64,000 bases of DNA from Pseudomonadota bacterium (GCA_043806915.1 JAZDGM010000020.1:21690-85689), one strand, 5' to 3'; positions 49,949 to 60,550 are shown, counted from the stretch's first letter. Numbers and translations: made by a program. Notes: a model not told the origin generated them from the letters alone.

Positions 49949-51442
49949 ATGCCTGATTACGACGTGGCGGTTATCGGGGCGGGCAACGGCGGCTTGAGCG
50001 CGGCCGTCGCCCTCCAAAACGGGGGGTTGAAGGTGCTGCTCCTGGAAAGACACAACATTCCCGGAGGCTGCGCCACGAGTTTCATCCGCGGCCGTTTTGA
50101 ATTCGAGGTGGCCCTGCACCAGCTCAGCGGCCTGGGGCGCGAGGACCGGCCCGGCCCCTTGCGCGGCGTCCTGGCCGAATTGGGCGTCCTGGACGAGTTG
50201 GATTTCGTCGAGATAAAGGACCTGTACCGGGTGGTCATGCCGGGAGGCGGCCTGGACGTGACCTTGAAAGCCGACCGGTACGAGGCGGTCGCGGCCCTCA
50301 AGGACAGGTTCCCCGGGGAGGCCCGGGGCATCGACGACTTTTTCGACCTGGTCCATCAATTCGCCATGGAAATGGTCGGCGCCATGATCCTGCGGGACCC
50401 CGAGGCTTCCCGGGCGAAATACCCGGTCTTTTTCCAAAACGCCCTCAAGTCCAGCCAAGGGATTCTGGACCGCTATTTCCAGGACCCCCTCTTGAAAATG
50501 GCGGTCGGCATCTACTGGACCTACGCCGGGCTGCCGCCCCGTCACATTCCCTTCATCGACCTGGCCTTGTTGCTCTGGGTCTACCTGGAGTTCAAGCCGT
50601 TCCACCTGCGGGGCGGGTCCCAGGCCATGTCGAGCGCTCTTCTCGAACGGTTCCAGAAAGCCGGCGGCGAGGCCCGGTTCAGTTGCGGCGCCAAGAAAAT
50701 CAAGGTGAAAAACGGCCGGGTCGTGGGCGTGTTGACCGAGGCCGGGGACGAGGTCGAGGTCGGCCGGGTGGTTTCCAACGCCGGGACCCTGGCCACGTAC
50801 CTGGAGCTGCTGGACCGGGACGAGGTCCCGGGCGAAGTGATGAAAACATTCGCGTCCCAGACCATCGGCACCTCGGCCTTCACCCTGTACGTGGGGCTCG
50901 ACTGCGATCCCGGGGACCTGGGGCTGACCCGGTCCACCAATTTTATTACCACCACCCCGGACATGGACCTGGCCTACCGGGTGGGGCGGTCCCTGGAGAG
51001 CCCGGCGGCGGCCTTGCTGTCGTGCTACGATGTGGATATCCCGGACTTTTCGCCTCCCGGGGCCTGCCAGTGCGCCCTGGTGACCATGCAGTACGCGGAG
51101 CCATGGTTGAATATTCCCGCGAACCAGTACGCCGACGCCAAATACAAGTACGCGGACAAACTGCTGGACCTGGCGGAAAAGGTCTGCCCGGGGTTCAGGA
51201 GTCGGATCGAGGAACTGGAGACGGCCTCGCCCCTGACTCACCTCCGCTACCTGGGCCATCCCGGCGGGGCCATCTACGGCTTTGAGCAATACGCCAAGGA
51301 TTCCAAGATATTCGTATCGCCCCGCTCCCCCCTGCAAGGCCTCTGGTTCACCGGCGCCTGGGCGGGGCAGGGCGGGTTCCAGCCCACCTTGGAATCGGGC
51401 CTGGCCGCGGCCCGGTCGATCCTGAAATCCATGAACCGCTAG
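49949..51442 (+). CDS. phytoene desaturase/retinol saturase-like FAD oxidoreductase
   Basis: VIGAGNGG, PGGCATSF, RGGSQAMS, SPLT..Y...GGAIYG, GLWFTG. Confidence 0.85.
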   Translation: MPDYDVAVIGAGNGGLSAAVALQNGGLKVLLLERHNIPGGCATSFIRGRFEFEVALHQLSGLGREDRPGPLRGVLAELGVLDELDFVEIKDLYRVVMPGGGLDVTLKADRYEAVAALKDRFPGEARGIDDFFDLVHQFAMEMVGAMILRDPEASRAKYPVFFQNALKSSQGILDRYFQDPLLKMAVGIYWTYAGLPPRHIPFIDLALLLWVYLEFKPFHLRGGSQAMSSALLERFQKAGGEARFSCGAKKIKVKNGRVVGVLTEAGDEVEVGRVVSNAGTLATYLELLDRDEVPGEVMKTFASQTIGTSAFTLYVGLDCDPGDLGLTRSTNFITTTPDMDLAYRVGRSLESPAAALLSCYDVDIPDFSPPGACQCALVTMQYAEPWLNIPANQYADAKYKYADKLLDLAEKVCPGFRSRIEELETASPLTHLRYLGHPGGAIYGFEQYAKDSKIFVSPRSPLQGLWFTGAWAGQGGFQPTLESGLAAARSILKSMNR

Positions 51443-51456
51443 GGAGGTGGAACAAA

Positions 51457-52614
51457 ATGGCTCAAAATAATCTTTTTTCCGAGATGGACGGATATTCTGA
51501 AATAGTCAAGGAAATTGAAGTATTGCAAAAATACGGCCCCGATTACTCCGCTCAGCGGGGGCGGGTCGGCCGGATACTCGAACGCCTGCACCCTCCCCGG
51601 CTCAACCTGCGGCTCTCGGAAATTCGGGACGAGACCGTCTCGACTAAAACCCTGCGCTTCACTTCCGCCGAGGGCTTCCTGCCCCCGTTTCAGGCCGGCC
51701 AGTATATCAACCTGTTCGTGGAAACCGGCGGGGTTCGGACCAGTCGGCCGTACAGCATTTCGTCTCCCCCCAACCAGGTTGCTTATTACGATCTGACCGT
51801 GCGCCGGACTCCGGACGGCTTCGTTTCCAACTACCTTTTGGACGAGGCCCGGGTCGGCGAGGTTTTTGTAGCCACTTCCCCGGCCGGTAATTTTTATTTC
51901 AACCCGCTGTTCATGGACCGGGAACTGATGTTGCTGGCCGGAGGCAGCGGGATCACGCCCTTGATGAGCATGATCCGGGAAGCGACCGACCGGGGCCTTG
52001 ACCGGAAGTTGCACCTGATATACGGGTGCCGCCTTGAGGGCGACGTGATCTTCGAGGCCGAACTTCGGGACCGGGCCGCCCGCCACCCCAATTTTAAGTT
52101 CGATCCGGTCGTTTCCGAGCCGTCGTCCGGGTATGCGGGTCTGACCGGGTTCCTGGCCGGCGAGTTGATTAAAAAGATCGTTCCCAACCCGGCCAAAAAA
52201 ACCTTTTTCCTTTGCGGCCCGGAAGCCATGTACGATTTCTGCCTGCCGGAACTGGAAAAACTGGGCGCGCCCCGGAGGAAAATCCGGACCGAGGTTTTCG
52301 GCGGCCCGAAAAACCCGGCGGCTCAACCGGGTTGGCCGGAAGAGGTCAGCCCCGACGCGGTCTTCGAAGTCAAGGTCGGCGGCCGGTCGATCCCGGCCCG
52401 GGCCGGGGAGCCGCTGCTGGTTTCCCTGGAGCGGGCCGGCCTGGCGGTCCCGGCCCAGTGCCGGGCCGGGGAATGCAGCCTGTGCCGGGTCAAGCTCCTG
52501 TCCGGGCGGGTCTTCCAGCCCCGGGGCGCCAAGGTGCGGCGGTCGGACCGCACATACGGGTATATCCATTCCTGCGCGGCCTATCCCCTGGCTGACTTGG
52601 AGATTCTGATCTGA
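51457..52614 (+). CDS. FNR-type flavin reductase with C-terminal [2Fe-2S] ferredoxin
   Basis: RPYSISS, AGGSGITP, FLCGP, CRAGECSLC...C. Confidence 0.9.
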   Translation: MAQNNLFSEMDGYSEIVKEIEVLQKYGPDYSAQRGRVGRILERLHPPRLNLRLSEIRDETVSTKTLRFTSAEGFLPPFQAGQYINLFVETGGVRTSRPYSISSPPNQVAYYDLTVRRTPDGFVSNYLLDEARVGEVFVATSPAGNFYFNPLFMDRELMLLAGGSGITPLMSMIREATDRGLDRKLHLIYGCRLEGDVIFEAELRDRAARHPNFKFDPVVSEPSSGYAGLTGFLAGELIKKIVPNPAKKTFFLCGPEAMYDFCLPELEKLGAPRRKIRTEVFGGPKNPAAQPGWPEEVSPDAVFEVKVGGRSIPARAGEPLLVSLERAGLAVPAQCRAGECSLCRVKLLSGRVFQPRGAKVRRSDRTYGYIHSCAAYPLADLEILI

Positions 52615-52744
52615 GCCGCCGGGCGTCGGGGCCGGTCGACGGCAATTCCCGGCCGGCCCCGGCGATTTTTTTCCGGAAAACCGGCCCTGGCCCGACAGGG
52701 TGGACCGGCCGGTCCGATCACAAGTAAAAAGGGGAGGACGGGCT

Positions 52745-54136
52745 ATGAACATCGTCGTTCTCAACGGCAGTCCCAAGGGCGGAAACAGCGTGACCATGCA
52801 GTCGGTCCGTTTTCTGCAAAACCGTTTTCCGGACCATGAATTCACTATTCTGAACGTGTCCGAGCGCATCGGAAAACTGGAACGCGACGGCGACGAATTC
52901 CAGGAAGTGGTCAACCGCGTCTGGGCGGCCCAGGGGGTGCTGTGGGCCTTTCCCCTGTACGTGCTCCTGGTCCCGGCCCAGTACAAGAGGTTTATCGAGC
53001 TGATAACCGAAAAACGGGTGGGGGATGTTTTCAAGGACAAATACGCCGCCGCCCTGACCACCTCCATCCATTTCTTCGACCACACGGCCCACTGGTACAT
53101 CAGGGCCGTCAGCGAGGACCTGGACATGAAGTGGCTGGGGTCCTATTCCGCGGATATGTACGATCTCGCCATAAAACAGGAACAGGAACGGCTGGCCAAG
53201 TTCGCCCGGCAATTCCTGGACGACATCGAGGCCCGGGTCCCCACGGCCAAGGCCAACATGGCGCCGGTCCACTTGCCGCCCCGGTATTCCCCGGCCAAGG
53301 CCGAGCGCCAGGTCGACCAGGGCGATAAAAAGGTGGTGGTGCTCACGGACCTGGAAAAGGACTGGAAGAACCTGGCCGGGATGATCACCCGGTTCATGGG
53401 TTCGTTTTCCCGGAGGCCGGAATTGATTCACCTGGATTCCCTGAAAATGAAGGGGGGCTGCCTGGGGCGCCTGCGCTGTTCCCTGGACAACGCCTGCCAG
53501 TACCATGACCCGGACCGGTACCGGGAGGTTTTTGAAAAAAGCCTGAAAACGGCCGACATTCTGATTCTGGCCGGAAACGTCAAGGATCGCTACCTGTCGT
53601 CCCAATGGAAGATGTTTTTCGACCGGGCCTTCTATAACAACCATGTGCCGGTGTTTTCCGGCCGGCAGGTCGGTTTTTTGATTTCCGGCCCGCTGACCCA
53701 ACTGCCGGAACTGAGGCAGATACTGGAATCATATTTTCAAATCCAGGGGGCCAATATCGTGGGCCTGGTGTCCGACGAGTGCGGGGACGGCGCGGAATTG
53801 GACGCCCTGGTTTCCGACCTGGCCCATCGGGCGGTCAGGTTGGCGGAGATGGAGTACGTGGCCCCGCCGACCTTTCCGGTGGTGGGCGGGAAAAAGATTT
53901 TTCGGGACGAAGTCTGGGGCCGGCTCCGGTTCGTGTTCCAGGCCGACCACGAATATTACCGGAAAAACGGGCTGTACGATTTTCCGCATAAGGATTTCAA
54001 AACCCGGGCGAGGTCGACGATTTTCATGCTGCTGACAAAAATCCCGGCTTTTAGGCGCGAGTTTCAACGGCGAATTGTAACCGAGATGATCAAGCCCCAT
54101 CGGCGGGCCTTGGGCGAAGATAAAAAAAAGGAGTAG
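52745..54136 (+). CDS. double flavodoxin-fold NAD(P)H-dependent oxidoreductase
   Basis: NGSPK, FPLY; second domain GCLGRLRC..C and KMFFDR. Confidence 0.8.
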   Translation: MNIVVLNGSPKGGNSVTMQSVRFLQNRFPDHEFTILNVSERIGKLERDGDEFQEVVNRVWAAQGVLWAFPLYVLLVPAQYKRFIELITEKRVGDVFKDKYAAALTTSIHFFDHTAHWYIRAVSEDLDMKWLGSYSADMYDLAIKQEQERLAKFARQFLDDIEARVPTAKANMAPVHLPPRYSPAKAERQVDQGDKKVVVLTDLEKDWKNLAGMITRFMGSFSRRPELIHLDSLKMKGGCLGRLRCSLDNACQYHDPDRYREVFEKSLKTADILILAGNVKDRYLSSQWKMFFDRAFYNNHVPVFSGRQVGFLISGPLTQLPELRQILESYFQIQGANIVGLVSDECGDGAELDALVSDLAHRAVRLAEMEYVAPPTFPVVGGKKIFRDEVWGRLRFVFQADHEYYRKNGLYDFPHKDFKTRARSTIFMLLTKIPAFRREFQRRIVTEMIKPHRRALGEDKKKE

Positions 54137-54139
54137 GCC

Positions 54140-55129
54140 ATGATTAAGACCGCGATCACCGAAATGTTCGGAGTGAAACATCCCATCATCTGCGGGGCCA
54201 TGATGTGGCTTTGCAAGCCGACGCTCTGCGCCGCCGTTTCCAACGCGGGCGGCCTGGGCAACCTGACCGCCGGCAACTACGAGACCGAGGAGTCTTTTCG
54301 CGGGGCGATCAGGGAAACCCGCGAGCTGACCGACAAGCCGTTCATGGTCAATGTGACGGCCCTGCCGTCCCTGCGGATCACCCGGGAACATCATCTGATG
54401 TATTTTCGGGTCTGCGCGGAGGAAAAGGTGGCCGGGATCGAGGTTTCCGGGACCCCCGTCGACAAGGTGGGCGGAATGGAAACGGTCGAGATGCTGAAAA
54501 AGGCCGGGGTCAGGCTGTTCCACAAGGTCGGCTCGGTCCGGCACGCCCGGCACGCCGAAAAAGTGGGATACGACGGCGTTTACGCGGCCGGCATCGAGGA
54601 AGGCGGCCACCCCCTGAACGATGACGTATCCGTGATGGTGCTGGTCCCCCGCATGGCCGAGGAGCTCAAGATTCCCGTGGTGGCCGTGGGCGGCGTCGGC
54701 AACGGGTACAACCTGGCCGCGGCCCTGATGCTGGGCGCCCAGGGCGTGATGATGGCCAGCCGGTTCATCGCCACCAAGGAATGCCAGGTGCACGACAACA
54801 TCAAGCAGGAACTGGTGCGGCGCCAGGAAATGGACACCGCCTTGATCACCAAGTCCATCGGCATGCAGGGCCGGGCCTTGAGAAACAAGGCCGTGGAGCA
54901 GGTCCTGGCCATCGAGGCCCGGGGCGGCGGGTTGGACGAGCTTATCCCGATCATCGCCGGCGAAAGAGGCGCCCGGGCCTGGGAAAACGGCGACGTGGAA
55001 GCGGCGCCCATGTACGTCGGCCAGTCCATCGGATTGATCCACGACGTTCCTTCCTGCGCCGAGCTGCTCGATAGAATGTCGGCCCAGGCCGAGGAGCGGA
55101 TCAAGTCCCTCGGCGCCGCGATTGAGTGA
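54140..55129 (+). CDS. nitronate monooxygenase/FabK-like FMN oxidoreductase
   Basis: AVSNAGGLG, GIEEGGH, PVVAVGG, ASRFIATKEC, GQSIGLI. Confidence 0.88.
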   Translation: MIKTAITEMFGVKHPIICGAMMWLCKPTLCAAVSNAGGLGNLTAGNYETEESFRGAIRETRELTDKPFMVNVTALPSLRITREHHLMYFRVCAEEKVAGIEVSGTPVDKVGGMETVEMLKKAGVRLFHKVGSVRHARHAEKVGYDGVYAAGIEEGGHPLNDDVSVMVLVPRMAEELKIPVVAVGGVGNGYNLAAALMLGAQGVMMASRFIATKECQVHDNIKQELVRRQEMDTALITKSIGMQGRALRNKAVEQVLAIEARGGGLDELIPIIAGERGARAWENGDVEAAPMYVGQSIGLIHDVPSCAELLDRMSAQAEERIKSLGAAIE

Positions 55130-55184
55130 GTTCCTTCTCCCGGGCCGGCGACGGCCCGGGACGTTGCCGAAAAAAGGATTGGTC

Positions 55185-56258
55185 ATGAAGGTAATGGCGA
55201 TCAATTCCAGCCCCCGGGTGGGGGTGGAAAGCAAGACCGAGATTTTATTGAACCACCTGGTCCAGGGGCTGGAGGAAGGCGGGGCCGAGGTTGGGACCGT
55301 CAACCTGAAGGGCAAGAAAATCAACAATTGCGCCGGCTGCTTCCAGTGCTGGACCAAGACCCCCGGGGTCTGCATCCACCATGACGACATGAGCCGCGAG
55401 CTTTTTCCCCTCTGGCTGGACTCCGACTTGGCCATCTATGCCACGCCGCTCTATAATTATTCCGTGACCGCGACCATGAAGGCCTTCATGGAACGGTGCC
55501 TGCCCGTGTTGCAGCCCTTTATCGAGTTCCAGGGCGAACGGGCCTATCATCCGCTCCGGCGCAAAGCCCCCGACGCGGCCGTGCTCTCCGTGGCCGGATT
55601 TCCGGGCTTGGAACATTTCGGCCCCCTTTCTAGCCTGTTCAACCACACTTACGCGACTTCGGGCCGGGGGCTGAGGGCCGAACTGTATGTTTCTTGTTCG
55701 GAAACCCTCGGCTCGCCCCTAGTAAAAAAGGAGCGGGAAGAGTTGGCGGCGGCCCTGGTCCAAGCCGGCCGGGAACTAGCCGCCGGAAAAAAGGTTTCCG
55801 CGGAAACCCTGGCCGTGGTCAGCCGGCCCCTGGTGGGGCCCCGCCCTCTCGCGGAAATGGCCAACTTTTTTTGGCGGTCCTGCATCGAACAGGCGGTCAC
55901 GCCGCGGGAATTCAGCGAACAGGGCCTGGTTCCCCGTCCGGATTCCATCGAGACCTTCCTGTTGCTGCTCCGGTTCGGCTTCAATCCGACGAAAGCCGGT
56001 CAGACCCGGGCCGTCCTCGAATTCGTGTTTTCCGGGCAGGCGGAGGGCGTCTGCCACGCCGTCATCGAGAACGGCGCCATGGCCGTGGGGCTAGGCCCGG
56101 CCCCTAGCCCGAACCTGACCGTGAAGGCGCCCTTCGAAACCTGGATCGATGTCATGACCGGCCGGACCGACGGCGCCGCGTCGTTCATGGAAGGAAAATA
56201 CACCGTGGAAGGCGACGGCACTCTCCTGCCGCGGCTCGGGGAATTCTTCGGCCGTTGA
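55185..56258 (+). CDS. iron-sulfur flavoprotein-like domain fused to SCP2 lipid-binding domain
   Basis: NSSPR, CAGCFQCW...C, ATPLY; C-terminal FNP..A..., FMEGKYTVEGD. Confidence 0.85.
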   Translation: MKVMAINSSPRVGVESKTEILLNHLVQGLEEGGAEVGTVNLKGKKINNCAGCFQCWTKTPGVCIHHDDMSRELFPLWLDSDLAIYATPLYNYSVTATMKAFMERCLPVLQPFIEFQGERAYHPLRRKAPDAAVLSVAGFPGLEHFGPLSSLFNHTYATSGRGLRAELYVSCSETLGSPLVKKEREELAAALVQAGRELAAGKKVSAETLAVVSRPLVGPRPLAEMANFFWRSCIEQAVTPREFSEQGLVPRPDSIETFLLLLRFGFNPTKAGQTRAVLEFVFSGQAEGVCHAVIENGAMAVGLGPAPSPNLTVKAPFETWIDVMTGRTDGAASFMEGKYTVEGDGTLLPRLGEFFGR

Positions 56259-56320
56259 TCCGGGAGGGCGTCCGGCCAAGGGCGCCCTTTTGGCCTTGGC
56301 CAAATGAGCTTTTCCCCGCA

Positions 56321-56347
56321 AGGGCGGACGCGCGGGTCCGCCCCGAC
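56321..56347 (-). repeat. GTAG-class REP-like palindrome
   Basis: minus strand GTCG-GGGCGGAC-CCGCGC-GTCCGCCC. Confidence 0.5.
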
Positions 56348-56596
56348 AACGCCTTTCGAAAACCACGTTCGTTGTTGCTCGTTGCGCGGCGGCGGCCCGC
56401 CCACGGCCGGACTATTCGCGGGATTTGACCTGGGAGTTGAAACCCGGGCCGGGGGCGGTTACAATGGCGTGACCGGGCCGCGTCGTTCCCGGGCGAGGGC
56501 GGCGGGCCGTTCCAACCCCAGCCCCGGCGTTACTATTATCGCCATGACCAAGCCCTTGGGGACGCGGCCGGTGGAACCACTAAAGTTCGAGGGCTT

Positions 56597-57292
56597 ATGT
56601 GCGGACGTTTCAGTTCCTACACCCCCCTGCGGGATTTGGAAATTCAATTAAAGCTGGAGCGGGTCCAGGCCGAGTTTCGACCCCGGTACAATATCCCGCC
56701 CGGGGTTGAAGCGCCGATCGTCAGGTCCGGACCGGGCGACGGGGTTCGCGAGGCGGTGAACGCCAGGTGGGGGCTGGTTCCTTCCTGGTCCAGGGAGCCG
56801 CTGAAGGGACCGCCGCTGATCAACGCCCGGTCCGAGACGGTCCGGGACAAGCCGGTTTTCAAACAGGCGTTCCGGTCCCGGCGTTGCCTGGTCCCGGCGG
56901 ACGGTTTTTTCGAATGGGCCCGGGCCGATAAAAAGAAAACGCCCTTTTTTTTCCGGTTGAGGGAAAATCGGCCCTTGGTCCTGGCGGGCCTGTGGGAATT
57001 ATGGACCGGGCCCGAGCGGGACATTCTTTCCTTTACCATTCTGACCACCCGGGCCAACGAACTCGTCGCCGCGATTCACGACCGCATGCCGGTGATCGTC
57101 CCGCCGGGGTCCCTGGACGCCTGGCTGGACCCCCATGGCGACGACCCGACCAGGTTTTTTTCCTTTTTCGAGCCTTTTCCCTCGGAAATGATGTTAAGAT
57201 ATCAGGTGGGAAGTTTTGTGAACAACGCGAGCCAAGACGGACCGTCGTGCGTGACGCCCGTGGACGAGGAAGCCCGGCTTCCTTTTATTTGA
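56597..57292 (+). CDS. SOS response-associated peptidase (SRAP/YedK)
   Basis: MCGRF, INARSET, GFFEW, IHDRMP. Confidence 0.95.
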   Translation: MCGRFSSYTPLRDLEIQLKLERVQAEFRPRYNIPPGVEAPIVRSGPGDGVREAVNARWGLVPSWSREPLKGPPLINARSETVRDKPVFKQAFRSRRCLVPADGFFEWARADKKKTPFFFRLRENRPLVLAGLWELWTGPERDILSFTILTTRANELVAAIHDRMPVIVPPGSLDAWLDPHGDDPTRFFSFFEPFPSEMMLRYQVGSFVNNASQDGPSCVTPVDEEARLPFI

Positions 57293-57364
57293 GCGCGCGG
57301 GCCATGACGGGGGCTAAAAATATGGCGAGGCGGCTTGTGGAGAACTGACGGCGAAGGGGGCCGG

Positions 57365-58609
57365 ATGCTGTCCGCGAATGAAAAACTGGAAGCCTTGACC
57401 CGTTTGGGGGTGGACCTGAACGAGGTCGCCGACGTGGACATCCTCATGGAAAGGATACTCACGGAGGCTCGCCGTTTCGTCAACGCCGACGCCGGCTCCA
57501 TTTACATCAGGGAAAGGGATTGGCTGAAATTCAGTTACACCCAAAACGCCACCTTTCAAAAGAGGCTGCCTCCGGGCGCCAAGCTGATCTGGTCTAACTT
57601 TTCCATTCCCGTGGATGAAAGCAGCATCGCCGGGTTCGTGGCCCATACCGCCAAATCGGTCAATATTACAGATGTCTACGAGCTTGATCCCTCGGCGCCC
57701 TACACCTTCGGCCGCCGGTTCGACCAGACGTCCGGGTATCGGACCAAGTCCATGCTGACCCTACCCCTGCTCCATAATCGGGGCGACGTGCTGGGGGTCT
57801 TGCAGATCATCAACGCCCAGGCCGGGAATAAGGAAATCGTCGCCTTTTCCGAGGAAGACGACCGGATAATGCACCATTTCGCTTCCACGGCCGCCATGGC
57901 CCTGGAACGGGCCCGCATGACCCGGGCCATCATCCTAAGAATGATCAGCATGGCCGAGATGCGGGACCCTAGGGAGACCGGCGCCCACGTCAACCGGGTG
58001 GGGTCCTTCGCCGTGGAGCTGTTCGAGGCTTGGGCCAAGAAAAAGAACATGCCCCACCAGGAACTCGAGCGCCGCCGGGACGTCCTGCGCATGGCGGCCA
58101 TGCTTCACGATGTGGGCAAGGTCGCGATTTCGGACCTCATCCTGAAAAAACCGGCGCGCTTCACCGAGGATGAGTATGAAACCATGAAGCAACACGCCAG
58201 GCTGGGGGCGAACCTCTTTCTGGACAAGCAGTCGGAATTCGATGACGCGGCCCAGGAAGTCGCACTCAATCACCACGAAAAATGGGACGGCACGGGTTAT
58301 CCCGGGCATATCGACCTGGTCACCGGCGCGCCCCTGCCCGGGTTCGAGGACGAACACGGCCGGGCCCGGGGCAAGGTCGGGGAGGAAATCCCGATTTACG
58401 GGCGGATCGTGGCCATTGCCGACGTCTTCGACGCCCTCGGCTCCCAACGGGTCTACAAGCCGGCCTGGACCGAGAACGAAGCCCTCGCGGTTTTGGAACG
58501 GGACGCGGGAAAACATTTCGATCCGGAGTTGGTCGAAATATTTCTTTCCATTATCGACGTCATCAGGTCCGTCCGGGCCAGATATCCCGACCCACCGGAC
58601 AAGGATTAA
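57365..58609 (+). CDS. GAF + HD-GYP phosphodiesterase
   Basis: GAF (FDQTSGYRTKSML), ETGAH, LHDVGK, HHEKWDGTGYP, ADVFDAL. Confidence 0.92.
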   Translation: MLSANEKLEALTRLGVDLNEVADVDILMERILTEARRFVNADAGSIYIRERDWLKFSYTQNATFQKRLPPGAKLIWSNFSIPVDESSIAGFVAHTAKSVNITDVYELDPSAPYTFGRRFDQTSGYRTKSMLTLPLLHNRGDVLGVLQIINAQAGNKEIVAFSEEDDRIMHHFASTAAMALERARMTRAIILRMISMAEMRDPRETGAHVNRVGSFAVELFEAWAKKKNMPHQELERRRDVLRMAAMLHDVGKVAISDLILKKPARFTEDEYETMKQHARLGANLFLDKQSEFDDAAQEVALNHHEKWDGTGYPGHIDLVTGAPLPGFEDEHGRARGKVGEEIPIYGRIVAIADVFDALGSQRVYKPAWTENEALAVLERDAGKHFDPELVEIFLSIIDVIRSVRARYPDPPDKD

Positions 58610-58620
58610 CCTTTTTCCGA

Positions 58621-59538
58621 TTAGCTCCGGGGCCAAACGCCCCGATCGGCCAGGGCGTCCCTCAAGCGGCGGACATACATCTCGGCCCAGGCGTCCACGC
58701 GGCCCAGCCCCCGAACCAGGCATTCCACCTCGAACCCGTTTTTCAGCAAAATGGATTTCCACGATCCTTCCCGGTCCCCGGCCATGTCCCGGCGGGCGTG
58801 GCTGCCCACGGACAGGAGCAGCGGCGCCAGCACAACCCTCTTTATCCCTTGGCGTCGCAGCTCGGCCAGGGTCGATTCCAGCGGGGGGAAGCCTTCCAGG
58901 GAAGCCAGGAAAATTGGGGCGCCGGGGTGGCGGCGGCGGAGCAGGTCTTCGAGTTCCTGGAAAATACCCGTGGGAAAATACCTGTTGCCGTGCCACATGT
59001 AGAGCAGGGCGGCGGTCCCGTCCCGGGGCAGGGCCTCTATTTCCGGCGCCAGGATATCCGCGGCCTCGGCCAGGTCCGCGCGATAGTCCCTGGCGGCGCC
59101 GGGTTCGCCCAGGGCCGGGCGGCCCAGGGCGAGGCGGGGAAAGGGCCGCCCGGCGGGCTTGACGGTCCGGACGCCTTCGAGGGCCTGGACCAGGGCCTTG
59201 AGGTTGAAATATTCTTCTCCCGCGTAAATATGCAGGCTCTGGAAGACGACCGGCTGGAACCCCTGGTCTTCCAGGTCGGCCGCCGTCGCCAGGGGGCCCT
59301 TGACGTCCAAAATGTCGCGGGGGACTTCCGGATGTTCCAGGGCCCAGGCCGGATCGTCGCGTCTCTTCCACCAGGCCCGGCGGACAGTCCGGGACCCGAA
59401 CCCGATTTTTACCGGGACCCCGGGAAAGGCGGCCTCGATCTTTTTTTTCACGTTCAGGATATCATCCAGGGCCTCGAGGTTGGCCGCGCCGTACGCGGCC
59501 AGGACCACGGCCATTTTCGAGAGGTCGGCGGGTGCCAT
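58621..59538 (-). CDS. cbiK: sirohydrochlorin cobaltochelatase
   Basis: QSLHIYAGEEY, GRPALG, HGN, EGFP, GSHARRDMAGD..SWKS. Confidence 0.85.
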   Translation of the reverse strand: MAPADLSKMAVVLAAYGAANLEALDDILNVKKKIEAAFPGVPVKIGFGSRTVRRAWWKRRDDPAWALEHPEVPRDILDVKGPLATAADLEDQGFQPVVFQSLHIYAGEEYFNLKALVQALEGVRTVKPAGRPFPRLALGRPALGEPGAARDYRADLAEAADILAPEIEALPRDGTAALLYMWHGNRYFPTGIFQELEDLLRRRHPGAPIFLASLEGFPPLESTLAELRRQGIKRVVLAPLLLSVGSHARRDMAGDREGSWKSILLKNGFEVECLVRGLGRVDAWAEMYVRRLRDALADRGVWPRS

Positions 59539-59629
59539 TTTTTTCTCCCGGCCGGGGACGCGGTCCCCATGGAGGGGCCGTCAACCCGGGCCTGTTGGGG
59601 TCTGTTTTTTGGACAAGGCGCCCCGGTGC

Positions 59630-60454
59630 TCAGGGGAGGATGGCGAAAACCCGGGCCGGGAAGCCGGAGCCCTTCCATGGCTTGGGAAAGGCCGCGACCG
59701 CCAGGGCGCCGTATTCCGGGACCCGGTCCAGATTGCAGAGCAGCTCGATCTGGTAATGATTGGTTCCCAGGATGTAGGCTTCGCAGGAATAATCGTCCCG
59801 GCTGGTCGACGCGCCGGGGTCCGTGTCCAGGGTTTCATGGCCCGAGGCGGTGATTTTTCTGGTCTCGTATAGATATTTCAGCGCTTCCAGGCTCCAGCCC
59901 GGGTAATGGTCCACGCCGTCCCGGTCCTTGTTTTGCATCCCGGCGGGGTCGGGCCAGCGCTTGGACCAGTCGGTGCGCAAGGCCACGAAACTTCCGGCCG
60001 GGATTGGTCCGTATTTGCTTTCCCACTTTTTCACGTCCCCGAGGGACGCGACGTAGTCCGGGTCGGCCGCGGCTTGTTCGTGGCAGTCTAAAACCACCAG
60101 CGGCAGGACCATCTCCTTGACGGGGATTTCATCGATGGTCCTTTTTCCCTTCACGAAGTGGGCCGGGGGATCGCAGTGGGTCCCCCACTGGCCCACGTGG
60201 GTGTAAAGGTGAAGCAGGAAGCCGGAGCCAAGGGAGCCCACGCCCTCGTCGTAGTGGTAGATGGTTTCCACCCTGGAATCCGGGTCGCCCTTCCAGTGGG
60301 GGATGCCGGGGCGGAAAGAGTGGGTCAGGTCAACGAAGGTCTTGGTTTTGATGGTTTCGTACATTCGCCACAAATCCGAATCCGCGGCCCCGGCCGGCGC
60401 GGCGAACAGCGCGACCCAGGCCAGGACGGCCGCGAGAGCCGGCGCCGGTTTCAT
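59630..60454 (-). CDS. cyclase-family (kynurenine formamidase-like) metal hydrolase with signal peptide
   Basis: VDLTH, GTHCDPPAHF, RTDW, GSGFPARVFA. Confidence 0.88.
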   Translation of the reverse strand: MKPAPALAAVLAWVALFAAPAGAADSDLWRMYETIKTKTFVDLTHSFRPGIPHWKGDPDSRVETIYHYDEGVGSLGSGFLLHLYTHVGQWGTHCDPPAHFVKGKRTIDEIPVKEMVLPLVVLDCHEQAAADPDYVASLGDVKKWESKYGPIPAGSFVALRTDWSKRWPDPAGMQNKDRDGVDHYPGWSLEALKYLYETRKITASGHETLDTDPGASTSRDDYSCEAYILGTNHYQIELLCNLDRVPEYGALAVAAFPKPWKGSGFPARVFAILP

Positions 60455-60550
60455 GATCTCCTCCTTCTTCTCTTCCCCGTGGGGGTGGAACGGGTTTCAG
60501 GCCGGGGTCGCGGGCGGCGGCCCGCGCTAGGGAACGCCGGGGCGATAGTT

